Shown one piece after another: positions 8,557-18,078 of a DNA stretch of 64,000 nucleotides. A program made the translations under genes and the position numbers. How positions within the stretch are numbered: the first letter of the stretch is position 1; every line of letters begins with the position of its first letter. The notes beneath the pieces were generated by a model. The model was not told the DNA's origin. It did not search any database and saw only the letters and a program-made list of their open reading frames with translations. Origin of the DNA: Nitrospirota bacterium (GTDB lineage: Bacteria; Nitrospirota; Leptospirillia; Leptospirillales; Leptospirillaceae); assembly GCA_021826965.1 (NCBI GenBank), contig JAKAYA010000008.1, positions 3,060 to 67,059 of the forward strand, in the 5' to 3' direction.

Positions 8557-9292
8557 CTCTGTCCTCCAGGCGGTCGAGATCCATTCTTCGTCCATTGTAT
8601 GCGCGTCCGGCATCCGGCTCGCGAAGGCGCGCGAGAAAGCGCGCCAAAATCCTGGCCGCTTCTTCGGGCGATTTTCGATCCGCCGGATCCTTGTCGGGAT
8701 AGGCCTTTTGGCGCATCCGGGTCATAACCGCCCCCGGATTCAGGCTGAAGCTGAAAAGAGGTGACGGGAGTTCCAGAGCCAGGTTCGCGGACAGAGCCTC
8801 TATTCCCGCCTTGGAAACAGCATAGGTCCCCCAGTTCGGACGTGCAACCCTTCCCACCGTCGAGGAAACAAAGACATGTCCTCCCCTTTTGGCCCGGATC
8901 ATTCCGGGAACCAGACGGGAAACCCAGAACATCGGAACTTCCAGATTGATCCGGAGGGTTTGCCGGACATGTTCGCCGTCCTCTTCCCAAAGGGGGATCC
9001 GGGGAAAGAGGACAGAAGCGTTGTGGACCACCAGAAAAGGCGGTCCCCAGGCGGCAATCAATGTGGACAGAAGCATATCCATGCGGTCGAAATCGGAAAG
9101 GTCGCCCGTAAAATGCCATGCTGAATCTGCCGGATGCGGAAGGGGGGAGAGGTCGCCCGAAGAGTCGCCTCCGCGGGAAAATGCGGCGACAGGAAAAGAA
9201 AACTCTTCCAGAGCCTTGACCAGGGCCTTTCCGATACCGCCGCCGGTCCCCGTCACCAGACAATAGGAAGGAAACGACGGAACGGCCTTCAT
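8549..9292 (-). CDS. short-chain dehydrogenase/reductase (SDR, YciK-like)
   Basis: VTGTGGGIG, HNAS, YAVSK catalytic YxxxK, NPGAVMTRMR; ATGA overlap with dksA. Confidence 0.85.
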   Translation of the reverse strand: MKAVPSFPSYCLVTGTGGGIGKALVKALEEFSFPVAAFSRGGDSSGDLSPLPHPADSAWHFTGDLSDFDRMDMLLSTLIAAWGPPFLVVHNASVLFPRIPLWEEDGEHVRQTLRINLEVPMFWVSRLVPGMIRAKRGGHVFVSSTVGRVARPNWGTYAVSKAGIEALSANLALELPSPLFSFSLNPGAVMTRMRQKAYPDKDPADRKSPEEAARILARFLARLREPDAGRAYNGRRMDLDRLEDRDA

Positions 9293-9672
9293 GTCCTTTT
9301 GGTGGACTGGTCCATCTTTTCGCGATTTTCCTGCTCCGTCTTGCAGGCGATGCAAAGGGTCGTGACCGGACGGGCCATCAGGCGACGCTCTTCGATCGGC
9401 TGACTGCAGGCTTCACATATTCCGAAGCAACCGTCTTCGATCCGGTCCAGAGCCATGTCGATCTTCCGGAGGAGATTCTTCTCCCTTTCCTTGAGGCGCA
9501 AGGAAAAGGCTTCGAGTTCCTCCCGCGTAGCCATGTCTGTCGGATCCGGAAAAAGTTCGGCAGAACTGTTGATTCCGGATTCGACCACGCGTCCGGCTTC
9601 CCGAAGGATCTGCGTTCTCTGTGCCTCCAGAATTTGTCGGATCGCATCGAACTGGGTCCGGGAACTTTCCAT
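9289..9672 (-). CDS. dksA: RNA polymerase-binding transcription factor DksA
   Basis: PDPTDMA (DxxDxA), CEAC..CIAC Zn finger, RLMARP. Confidence 0.9.
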   Translation of the reverse strand: MESSRTQFDAIRQILEAQRTQILREAGRVVESGINSSAELFPDPTDMATREELEAFSLRLKEREKNLLRKIDMALDRIEDGCFGICEACSQPIEERRLMARPVTTLCIACKTEQENREKMDQSTKRT

Positions 9673-9808
9673 CCGTTTCCCTTCCTTCCTAAAACGCGTT
9701 CCTGTCGGACAGGAACAGGGCATTTTACCGCAACTGCGACTCTTGGTAATATAACATGCACAAAGGAAAGGCTTCAATCAATTCACAAATCCGCATAAGG
9801 ACGGCCCG

Positions 9809-10687
9809 ATGGCCATTCGCAGACGCTTTTCCGCACTTTTTCTGAGCCACGGAGCACCGGACATCCTGTTGGGAAATTCCCCTGCGGCACTTTTTTTCCG
9901 CTCTCTCGGAACCATCGTCGAAAAGCCGGAACGGGTGATCATCGTAAGCGCTCATTGGCAAACAGTTCTTCCGACGATCGGGGCAGCATCCACCTTCCGG
10001 ACGATTCACGATTTTTCCGGATTCCCGGATGAATTGTACCGGACACGTTATCCTGCGCGGGGTGCCCCTGAAGACGCCCGACGTCTGCAGGAAAATCTGA
10101 AAAACACGGGGGTGCCCTGCCAGCTCGATCTGGACAGAGGGCTGGATCACGGGGCGTGGGTACCGCTTCTGGCCCTTTTTCCCGATTTTGATGTTCCCGT
10201 TGTCCCGTTCTCTCTCCCCCAGGGATATTCCCCCGACGACCTGATGCAAATGGGAACCTTCCTGCGGGAATCCTTTCCGGAAAACACTCTCCTGATCGGA
10301 AGCGGAGGAAGCACGCACAATCTCTCTTCCTATCGTCCGGACCGCTCTCCCTGCCCGGAAGCCGTGGCATTCGACGCGTGGCTCAAGACCAACCTCCTGG
10401 CGAAAAACAGCACAGCCCTTCTGGACTTCCGCTCCGACGCCCCGGACGCGCTTTTCAACCACCCCACCGACGAGCATTTCCTGCCTCTTTTTGTCGCGAT
10501 GGGATTCGGCTACGATACCCCCGGTCCGGTCCTTCTTTACGAGGAAATCAGCGGGGGATCCCTGTCTCTTTCATCCTATGGATTTCCCCTTCCGGATCAG
10601 ATGGGAAGACCCTTGGTTTCCGGTCCCGTGGAAGCGGAGGGAAACGAATCGTCCCGGGGAACCGGCAGTTTTCCGCTCAGCGAATAA
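9809..10687 (+). CDS. LigB-family extradiol ring-cleavage dioxygenase (DODA/YgiD-like)
   Basis: FLSHGAP, SAHW, HDFSGFP, RGLDHGAWVPL, HPTDEHFLPL. Confidence 0.88.
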   Translation: MAIRRRFSALFLSHGAPDILLGNSPAALFFRSLGTIVEKPERVIIVSAHWQTVLPTIGAASTFRTIHDFSGFPDELYRTRYPARGAPEDARRLQENLKNTGVPCQLDLDRGLDHGAWVPLLALFPDFDVPVVPFSLPQGYSPDDLMQMGTFLRESFPENTLLIGSGGSTHNLSSYRPDRSPCPEAVAFDAWLKTNLLAKNSTALLDFRSDAPDALFNHPTDEHFLPLFVAMGFGYDTPGPVLLYEEISGGSLSLSSYGFPLPDQMGRPLVSGPVEAEGNESSRGTGSFPLSE

Positions 10688-13600
10688 ACCACCGGAAGGA
10701 CGAACAGCGTAAAAAGAATAGCCGTAACAACACCCCCGACGATCACGATCGCCAGCGGTTTTTGCGCCTGGTTACCGATTCCGGTCGACAATGCGGCCGG
10801 CAAGAGACCAAACCCCGCCAGAAGAGCGGTCATGAGAACCGGCCTCACCCGGAGACGACCGCCTTCCAGAAGAGCCGAACGCATGTCCATTCCCCGCTGT
10901 CGAAGCACCGTGACAAAGTTGATCAGGATCATCCCGTCCTGTATGGCAATCCCGAACAGGGACAGAAATCCGATGGCAGCCGATATGGATAGAGGATACC
11001 CGGTCAGGAAGAGGGCCCATACGCCGCCGATCAGCGCGAACGGAACGGAAAGGAGTTGAAGCATGGCGTATTTGATGGACCGGTACGACCAGTAGAGAAG
11101 CAGGAACATCAAACCAATCGCGAGAGGGGTCAGGATCAGGAGCCTCCTCTGGGCATCCCGCATCTCCTTGTATTCACCGTACCAGCGGATCCGGTAGCCT
11201 TCCGGCAGGGGAAGGGACCTCGACAGCACCTGCCTGGCCTCTTCCACCGCGCTCCCCATATCCCGTCCCCGGATGGAAAACTTGACCGGCACATATCGGG
11301 AGTTCTGTTCGCGGAAGATATAGGTATTGCCCTTCCGGACCTCGATGGACGCAAGCTGGGACAAAGGGATGTGGGAGCCGTCGGGACTGTCGACCAGAAT
11401 CGACCGGATCGCCTTGAGATCTTTCCGGTAGGGTTTCGTCAGTCGTACGGTCACGTCGAAGCGCTTTTCCTCTTTCAGGACCTGAGTGACCGCAATGCCG
11501 CCCACGGCCGTCTGGAGAACGCTTTCCACATCCTGGGCATGGACGCCATACCGGGCGCAGGCCATCGGGTCGACCCTTACCAGCAATTCCGGCCCTCCGC
11601 GGATGCGAAACATTCCCAGATCGTGGAATCCCTTGACCTGCCTCAAAAGAGCCATCGACTGTCGTCCCAGCCTTTCGAGTGCGACCGGATCGGGGCCGAA
11701 TATCTTGAGACTGTTCTGGCCCTTGACCCCCGACACCGCTTCCTCCACGTTGTCTTCGATATACTGGGATACATTGTAGGTCACCCCCGGGATCGTATGG
11801 AGCCTTTCCAGAATTTCCCGCTGGATCGCCGCCTTGTCCACCCCTTTTCGCCAGGCGTTCATCGGACGGAAGAAAATGGCAAACTCGGCGTTCCAGAACC
11901 CTCCCACATCGTAAGCGTCGTCCGGACGGCCTTCTTCCGAAGTCACAGTTTCCACCTCGGGGGTTTCAAGAACCATACGACGGATGGCATCCGTGATCCG
12001 GGCCCCATAGGGAAGACTGATGGCCACCGGGTAGGTCGCCCGGATATAAAGATTGTTTTCTTCCAATTTCGGAAGGAATTCGGTCCCCAGGCGGGGAAAA
12101 ATCACCCCCATTGTCAGAAACAGGACCCCGCCCGCGACCGAAAGGGTGATGACCCGATATTCGAGGACAAGCGAGAGGATGACACCATAGGATCTTTTGA
12201 CATGGCGCATCAGCCAGGTGTCTTCGTGGGGAGGCACCCGGGACAGCAAGGAAGAGGAAAGGGCGGGCGACAACGTCATGGACAGAAAAACCGCTGCCAG
12301 AAGTCCCCCTCCCATGGTGAACGCCATGGGGGTAAAAATCTTTCCTTCGACGCCCTTCATGAAAATGAGGGGAACATAAGCCGAGAAGACGATCAGCGTG
12401 GAAAAGACCGTCGCTCCCTGGACTTCAGATACGGCGCGGTATATCGCTTCGACCGGCCGCTCGCTTTTCGGGCGCTCTTCCATCAGGTGGCGATAAATGT
12501 TTTCGACGACGATCACGGAGGCATCCACCAGAATGCCGAAATCGATCGCACCGAGAGAGAGAAGATTGGCCGAAATTCCCTTCCACTTCATAAAGGAAAA
12601 GGCGGCCAGAAGGGAAACCGGTATCGTGGCCGCGACGATCAGTGCGGAACGGACGTTTCCCAGAAACAGGTAAAGCGTGAGGAGAACAAGCGTGATCCCG
12701 AGAAGAAGATTTTCGATCACTGTATGGAGCGTCCACTTCATCAGGTCTGTCCGGTCGTAGAAAGGACGGATCCGGACCCCCTTCGGAAGATCGTGCTTTT
12801 CGATTTCCCGGACTTTTTCGTGCACATGCTTCAGAACATGCCGGGTGTTGGCTCCCCGAAGAAGCAGGACCACACCTTCGACCGTATCGTTGTCGAAGTT
12901 CCTCCCGACCCGTCCCAGTCGGGGCTGGGGACCGATCTGCACCGACCCGATGTCCTTGACCAGAACCGGCGTCCCCTTGATCTCGGCAACCATGATATTT
13001 TCAATATCGTGACGGTTCCGAAGAAGACCGATTCCCCGGACGACTTCGGCCGTCTCTCCGAAGTTCAGGACATAGGCGCCCACATTATTATTTGCCGCCG
13101 AAACAGCGGTGACGACCTGCCCCAGTGTCAGGTTGAAATCGCGCAGGCGGGCCAGATCCACAAGAATCTGATACTGCCGGATCCAGCCGCCCATGCCGGA
13201 TTCGTCCGCAACCCCGGGGATCTCCTTGAAACGCCGTTCCAGGACCCAGTCGTCCAGCGTCTTGAGTTCATCCGGGGGTGCCCCGGAGAGAGTATAGCGG
13301 AAGATCTCGCCTGTCGCCGGCGTGTTGATGTCCAGCACCGGAACGATGCCGGACGGCAAGTTGGCCTGGGAAATGCGGTTGTATATCCGGTGCCGGGCCT
13401 CGAAGTCGTCGACGCCGTCCTGGAAGATGGCGATCACGACCGATAATCCGTACATGGAGATCGAACGCTGGATCTTCATTCCCGGAGTCCCGTTGATCGC
13501 GATCTCGATCGGCAGGGTAATCTGGCGCTCAACCTCTTCCGCTCCCCGTCCCGGCCATTGTGTCAGGACACGGACCATCAGGGGAGAAATGTCGGGGTAA

Positions 13601-13710
13601 GGCTCGATCTGCAGGTTTTCATAGGAAAAAATCCCGAGAAATACGATCGTCATGGCAGTCAGATAGACCAGAACCCGTTCCCTGAGAGCCGTCTGGACAA
13701 GCCATCGCAT
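10597..13710 (-). CDS. czcA: heavy-metal efflux RND permease, CusA/CzcA family
   Basis: 1037 aa; EEVERQIT.PIE, SLGAIDFGILVDASVIVVEN, RVRPVLMTA. Confidence 0.9.
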   Translation of the reverse strand: MRWLVQTALRERVLVYLTAMTIVFLGIFSYENLQIEPYPDISPLMVRVLTQWPGRGAEEVERQITLPIEIAINGTPGMKIQRSISMYGLSVVIAIFQDGVDDFEARHRIYNRISQANLPSGIVPVLDINTPATGEIFRYTLSGAPPDELKTLDDWVLERRFKEIPGVADESGMGGWIRQYQILVDLARLRDFNLTLGQVVTAVSAANNNVGAYVLNFGETAEVVRGIGLLRNRHDIENIMVAEIKGTPVLVKDIGSVQIGPQPRLGRVGRNFDNDTVEGVVLLLRGANTRHVLKHVHEKVREIEKHDLPKGVRIRPFYDRTDLMKWTLHTVIENLLLGITLVLLTLYLFLGNVRSALIVAATIPVSLLAAFSFMKWKGISANLLSLGAIDFGILVDASVIVVENIYRHLMEERPKSERPVEAIYRAVSEVQGATVFSTLIVFSAYVPLIFMKGVEGKIFTPMAFTMGGGLLAAVFLSMTLSPALSSSLLSRVPPHEDTWLMRHVKRSYGVILSLVLEYRVITLSVAGGVLFLTMGVIFPRLGTEFLPKLEENNLYIRATYPVAISLPYGARITDAIRRMVLETPEVETVTSEEGRPDDAYDVGGFWNAEFAIFFRPMNAWRKGVDKAAIQREILERLHTIPGVTYNVSQYIEDNVEEAVSGVKGQNSLKIFGPDPVALERLGRQSMALLRQVKGFHDLGMFRIRGGPELLVRVDPMACARYGVHAQDVESVLQTAVGGIAVTQVLKEEKRFDVTVRLTKPYRKDLKAIRSILVDSPDGSHIPLSQLASIEVRKGNTYIFREQNSRYVPVKFSIRGRDMGSAVEEARQVLSRSLPLPEGYRIRWYGEYKEMRDAQRRLLILTPLAIGLMFLLLYWSYRSIKYAMLQLLSVPFALIGGVWALFLTGYPLSISAAIGFLSLFGIAIQDGMILINFVTVLRQRGMDMRSALLEGGRLRVRPVLMTALLAGFGLLPAALSTGIGNQAQKPLAIVIVGGVVTAILFTLFVLPVVYSLSGKLPVPRDDSFPSASTGPETKGLPI

Positions 13711-14852
13711 CAGGACGCTCCCCGTGCCTTGACGCGGTCCCGTTTCTCGAGCTCCCGATTCAGAGTCTGCTCCCGAAGCCCTTCAAGAAGAAGCGCCCCC
13801 GAAACCACGACGGACTCCCCCGGACGCAGCCCGTCCCGCACGGTCATGAGACCTTCCTCTTCCGGTCCCGGAACGACGGGCCGGACTTCGAACACCCCGG
13901 GAGCGGTCTCGACAAAAACGTGAAATCCCGTTTCGTCCTTCAGAAAGGAAGAGTCCGGCAGGGCGATCTCTTTTTCGGGGCGCGTCAGCCGGATCAAGAC
14001 GGACGCGAACATCCCGGGTTTCAGACGGCGCTCGGGGTTGTCGATCTCTCCCCGGACATGAAATGTCCTCGTCTGGGGATCCACCATGCCTCCCTGATAA
14101 ATGATGCGGCCCCGGAAGGTTTCTCCCGGATAGGCGACGGTCTTCACCAGGATGGTCTGTCCCGTATGGACGAGCGGAAGATCTCCCTCGTAGATGTCCA
14201 TGTAGACCCAAAGCTTCGACAGATCCGCGATCGTCAGCAACTGGTCCCCCGGATTCATGAACAGACCTTCTCTCAACTGGGAATTGAGGATGACCCCTTC
14301 CCTCGGGGCATGGATGGTCAGATAGGGGGCAATCTTCTGCGTCCGGGCGAGACGGTCGAGGTCCTTTTCAGAAGCTCCCATCAGAAGGAGCTTCTTCGCC
14401 GCCGCACGGATGTAGGTGTCCGCTTCTCTTTCGTCCCTTATGGTGCGGGCCACCTTGAACGCGTTAAGGTATTCGGCCTCGGCGGTCGCAAAATCCGGGC
14501 TGTAGACCAGGGCCAGGGCATCGTCCTTCAATACATGCTGACCCTCGAACGCCAGCACCTTGACCTCCCGTCCTCCCAGACGGGCGGCCAGAACAGAAAC
14601 CCGCTCCTCGTCGAAGTTCAGTGTGCCCGTGCGACTGATCGTCCGCACCAGGCGAAGAGGATGCACCGTCCGGGTCGTCACCCACCGGGATTTCATCTGT
14701 GCGTCTGTCAGACGGACGCTGTCCGGAAGCTCCGCGACGGGGACAGACAGTTTCGGGGAAGGCGGCGCGACGGCCTGTCCCGTTTCTGCACGCAGGATCC
14801 AGAAAGGGACAAGGGCAAGCAATGAAATCCCGAACAGGGGAAAAAGACGCAT
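13710..14852 (-). CDS. czcB: RND efflux membrane fusion protein (CzcB/CusB-like)
   Basis: YSPDF, TIADLSKLWV, VDPQTRTF, LKPGMF; located between the RND and TolC genes. Confidence 0.85.
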   Translation of the reverse strand: MRLFPLFGISLLALVPFWILRAETGQAVAPPSPKLSVPVAELPDSVRLTDAQMKSRWVTTRTVHPLRLVRTISRTGTLNFDEERVSVLAARLGGREVKVLAFEGQHVLKDDALALVYSPDFATAEAEYLNAFKVARTIRDEREADTYIRAAAKKLLLMGASEKDLDRLARTQKIAPYLTIHAPREGVILNSQLREGLFMNPGDQLLTIADLSKLWVYMDIYEGDLPLVHTGQTILVKTVAYPGETFRGRIIYQGGMVDPQTRTFHVRGEIDNPERRLKPGMFASVLIRLTRPEKEIALPDSSFLKDETGFHVFVETAPGVFEVRPVVPGPEEEGLMTVRDGLRPGESVVVSGALLLEGLREQTLNRELEKRDRVKARGAS

Positions 14853-14862
14853 GGGAACCTCT

Positions 14863-16248
14863 TTAGCGGGCGGGCGATATCCGGACGGGACCCTGGTCCG
14901 AAGGCAGGGGGGTGCCAACTGCTGCTTCCAGATTGGACAGGGATTCGTAGTAGTTGATCTGGCTCTGATAACTGTTGTAAAGGGCTTGCCGATAGGACTG
15001 TATCGCGTTGATCAGGTACAGGAAGTCGTTCTTCTGGTTTTCGTACCCGGTCAGGGCAAGCTCGAACGCCAGCCGTGTCTGGGGAACGAGCTGGGAAGCG
15101 TTGATACGGAACTGCCGGTATCCCAGTATAACTTGGGAATAGGTGTTGTCGACGTTCAGTTTGACCTGGTTGGCCTGCCACTGGTACTGGAAGTCGGCTG
15201 AATGGACCATCTCCCTCGCCGAATCCACCTGCTTGACCTGTTTGATGGGGGCGAACAGGGGAACATTGATCTGGAGACCCACATAATAGCAGTTGAGACC
15301 GGCAAAACCGTAGCAGGACTCTCCGCCTTCGGAGCCTTCGATCTGATAGTCCGGCATGTATCCCAGGCGGGCGAGGGACAGCTGGTGACGGTTCAGCTCC
15401 AGATTTGTCCGGGCGGACAGAAGATCCGGCCGGTTGACAAGCGCCATGTCCTCCAGCTGGGCAAGCGACTTCTCGATCTTTTCCGGCTCTCCGACCGGCG
15501 AAACGTTCACGGGCGTGTCAAGCGGCAGGTTCAGAAGCATGTTCAGCTGGCGTCGTGCCACCTTGATCTGCCACCGGTAGGTCAGTTCGTCCAGTCTGGC
15601 CTGGCTTAGCTGCACCTTCGCGTTCACGACGTCCAGAATCTGGGCGGATCCGACAGAAAGCTTCGCCCGGGTGATCTCGAGAGCGCGCTTGAACCAGGTC
15701 TGCATTTCCTTGTTCAGGTCCAGGCTTTTCTTCGCCAGCAGGAACTGATAACAGGCCAGCTCCGTCTGGTTTCTCAAAGTGACCCTCTGGGTCCGGTAGG
15801 CATAGTAGGCCGTATGGGTATTGTCCTTGTTGATCTTGTAACCGACTTCGGCTTTTCCCGGAAAGAGGAAGCTCTGGAAGATGGCCCAGTTGCTCCCGGA
15901 ATCATAAGGAAGACCGGTCCCGGAAGGGCCATTCCCTACCTCTCCGCCCCCCCAGAGGTATTGAACCTGAGGATCCGCCGGAGCCAATGCGGTGACCTCG
16001 AGTTTCCGGGTCCCCATCCAGGCTTTCTTGAAGGACAGGACGTCGGGATTTCTTTCCAGAGCCATGTTGACAGCCTGGGACACGGTGAGGGTCTGCCCTC
16101 CTCCATCGCTGGCCACAGGAGGCTCAGAGGAAGCTCCGGCCATCCCGGGAGACAAAAACCGTGTGGACGCCACCAGAGCGAAAAAGAGAACGCAACCGGT
16201 CCAGAATGCGCCTTTCCTCTTGCGGATTGTCCATCTCCCTTTGTCCAT
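14863..16248 (-). CDS. czcC: TolC/CzcC-family outer membrane efflux protein
   Basis: signal peptide, AVNMALERNPD, ALVNRPDL, first gene of the RND operon. Confidence 0.82.
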   Translation of the reverse strand: MDKGRWTIRKRKGAFWTGCVLFFALVASTRFLSPGMAGASSEPPVASDGGGQTLTVSQAVNMALERNPDVLSFKKAWMGTRKLEVTALAPADPQVQYLWGGGEVGNGPSGTGLPYDSGSNWAIFQSFLFPGKAEVGYKINKDNTHTAYYAYRTQRVTLRNQTELACYQFLLAKKSLDLNKEMQTWFKRALEITRAKLSVGSAQILDVVNAKVQLSQARLDELTYRWQIKVARRQLNMLLNLPLDTPVNVSPVGEPEKIEKSLAQLEDMALVNRPDLLSARTNLELNRHQLSLARLGYMPDYQIEGSEGGESCYGFAGLNCYYVGLQINVPLFAPIKQVKQVDSAREMVHSADFQYQWQANQVKLNVDNTYSQVILGYRQFRINASQLVPQTRLAFELALTGYENQKNDFLYLINAIQSYRQALYNSYQSQINYYESLSNLEAAVGTPLPSDQGPVRISPAR

Positions 16249-16488
16249 TCTTTCTCCGTCCGTCCGTTTTCCTATGCCTTCCGGAAACACATTTCCCCCA
16301 AAATGATACTTGGTATCTTTTTTGATTTCAATTCCCGGAATCGCCCCGCTTTGAATACGTTTTCAAAGATGCGTTTCCCGGGATTCCCGGAAAACACTTC
16401 GGTCCCGCCGAACCCATGTAGGCGGATCCCCGGCGGAGGAAACGGATGCAGGAGAACACGAAGCCCCGCATCTTCCGGATTTCACGCT

Positions 16489-16552
16489 TTGACAGCAACA
16501 GTCAATAGTATACCCCATTATACAGATATTTAATAATATACTCCACTATACA
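16489..16552. promoter_or_regulatory. candidate operator region upstream of the efflux operon
   Basis: TTGAC-N7-GTCAA palindrome (16489-16505) and two 16-bp direct repeats, TATACCCCATTATACA (16509-16524) and TATACTCCACTATACA (16537-16552). Confidence 0.55.
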
Positions 16553-16618
16553 AAATGAAGAGAACGGTTCCCCGGGGGAAATCCCCTCATGGGGATCTCC
16601 CGTTTTCAAACTCTTGGA

Positions 16619-17090
16619 TTATCTCATCAGGACCAGCGGATAATCTTCTGTCCTGGCACGGGACCAGAGCATGATGTAATGGCTGACGAGCAATAAATAA
16701 TGCGTCCGGGACCGGGCACCCGGAAACGGGATCTTCCCCCGGACCTCCCCGACGGCAGTAACAAGGTGCCCCGGTCCAACGACGATCGTCTTGTTGTTGT
16801 GGTGACCGAACACGATAAAGGCACTTTTCTCCTTGTCCGTGGCCGGCTTTGTCCCCTCCCATCATCCTGAGAGACGGATCAAACAGAACGAACGTCGTAT
16901 CAATCGGCGGTTTCCGGATCCGGATGGGCGGAGATGGCAACGGATGAGAGTTGTTCCCCAAAGGAAGATCCCGAACCAGGAAATATCTTTCCACAGGCGT
17001 ATCCACCCTGCGGAGGATCTGTCCACCAAGAACGGCAATACGTCCCTGATGGGATCCCGGATTTTTAAGCAGGTCCGCAAGGTTGTCGGA
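16619..17090 (-). pseudogene. frameshifted Slp/YeaY-family outer membrane lipoprotein-like gene
   Basis: N-half (LKNPGSHQGRIAVLGGQI..VRDLPL) and C-half (AFIV..GHLVTAVGEVRG..Y..I.LW) lie in different frames, with the shift near 16820-16862. Confidence 0.55.
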
Positions 17091-17919
17091 CGATTTCCGG
17101 ACCGGAAAATCTTTGCGACAGAACTGCTTCCGCATCCCGGGAGCAGATTTTGGACATCGCGAGCGCCATAGCCACTTCATTGACAATGTTCAACCCTCTT
17201 TCGATCTGTCTCAATCGAATGGAATATTCCTTTTCTACTCCAGGGTAAAGAGGCGGAGAACACACAAAATAGGCCTTCGAAAAAGGGAGAGGAATGAGAA
17301 ATCCGTCCCAGCTCCCCAACATCCGGTAACGCGTATAGACAACAGACATACAGTATACCGGAATATCCGGACGGTAGGCCAAAAACGCCGCACCATCCTT
17401 TCCTTTGAAGGGAGGACCCAGAGGTCCGTCCGGCGTGACGAAGAAAGAGCATTCTCCAGACTTCGTCATCGACAGGATCTGCCGGAGAACGGTCGTCCCT
17501 CCCCGGTTCGAGGAACCACGGACCGCTCCGATTCCGAAATAACGGAGGATAGCGGCTATCCGCTCTCCATCACGGGAACGGGAAACAATGGCATGAGCCC
17601 CCCCCCATCGCCCCGACCACATGAAGGGCATGAAAAGAAGCTGGTTGTGCCACAAACACACCACAAGACTTTTCTTGTCTCCCTTACTCTCCGAAAAATG
17701 GGAAAAACCGGTCAGACGAAACCGGATCGTAGCACGTAACAGAAGGATAAAAAAAAATCCGATAAGTCCCGTAAGAGGGACGATCAGGGCCGAAAAGAAG
17801 ACATCGCCGGGCGTCTTTCGACGGTCCTGTTCTCCGGATCCGGAAGCGTTCTTCCGGTCAGCGGCCATCTTTTTTCCAGACAAGAGACGCTCTCTCCGGG
17901 ATTTTTCGAGTGGAATCAA
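17065..17919 (-). CDS. DUF374 / lysophospholipid acyltransferase family protein
   Basis: LWHNQL, VSRSRDGE, VRGSSNRGG, TPDGPLGP, SWDGFLIPLPFS; start uncertain. Confidence 0.85.
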   Translation of the reverse strand: MIPLEKSRRERLLSGKKMAADRKNASGSGEQDRRKTPGDVFFSALIVPLTGLIGFFFILLLRATIRFRLTGFSHFSESKGDKKSLVVCLWHNQLLFMPFMWSGRWGGAHAIVSRSRDGERIAAILRYFGIGAVRGSSNRGGTTVLRQILSMTKSGECSFFVTPDGPLGPPFKGKDGAAFLAYRPDIPVYCMSVVYTRYRMLGSWDGFLIPLPFSKAYFVCSPPLYPGVEKEYSIRLRQIERGLNIVNEVAMALAMSKICSRDAEAVLSQRFSGPEIVRQPCGPA

Positions 17920-18078
17920 CTTGTCCGCAGGAATGGGAAAAACCCCTTTCTTTCAGTATCATGTCAACATCCGATTTTGTCGATAAATTGTCGGCGGATG
18001 GGCCATTTTTGCCAGGCGGACTACCTGTCCGTCCGGACAGGATAACCGGGGAATCGAAATCCATCAGAGTGGACGACC

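Noticed and set aside
11056-13446. 796-aa + strand ORF, and similar long ORFs at 59892-61637, 37549-38409 and 28571-29851
   Set aside because: Antisense shadows of well-supported genes (czcA, polA/ilvE, lpdA, sigma54 activator), expected in GC-rich DNA; no recognisable motifs
16862-16864. In-frame TGA between ORFs 16862-17080 and 16619-16813 as possible selenocysteine or read-through
   Set aside because: The Slp-like N-terminal motifs lie in a different frame, so a frameshift explains it better; no SECIS seen
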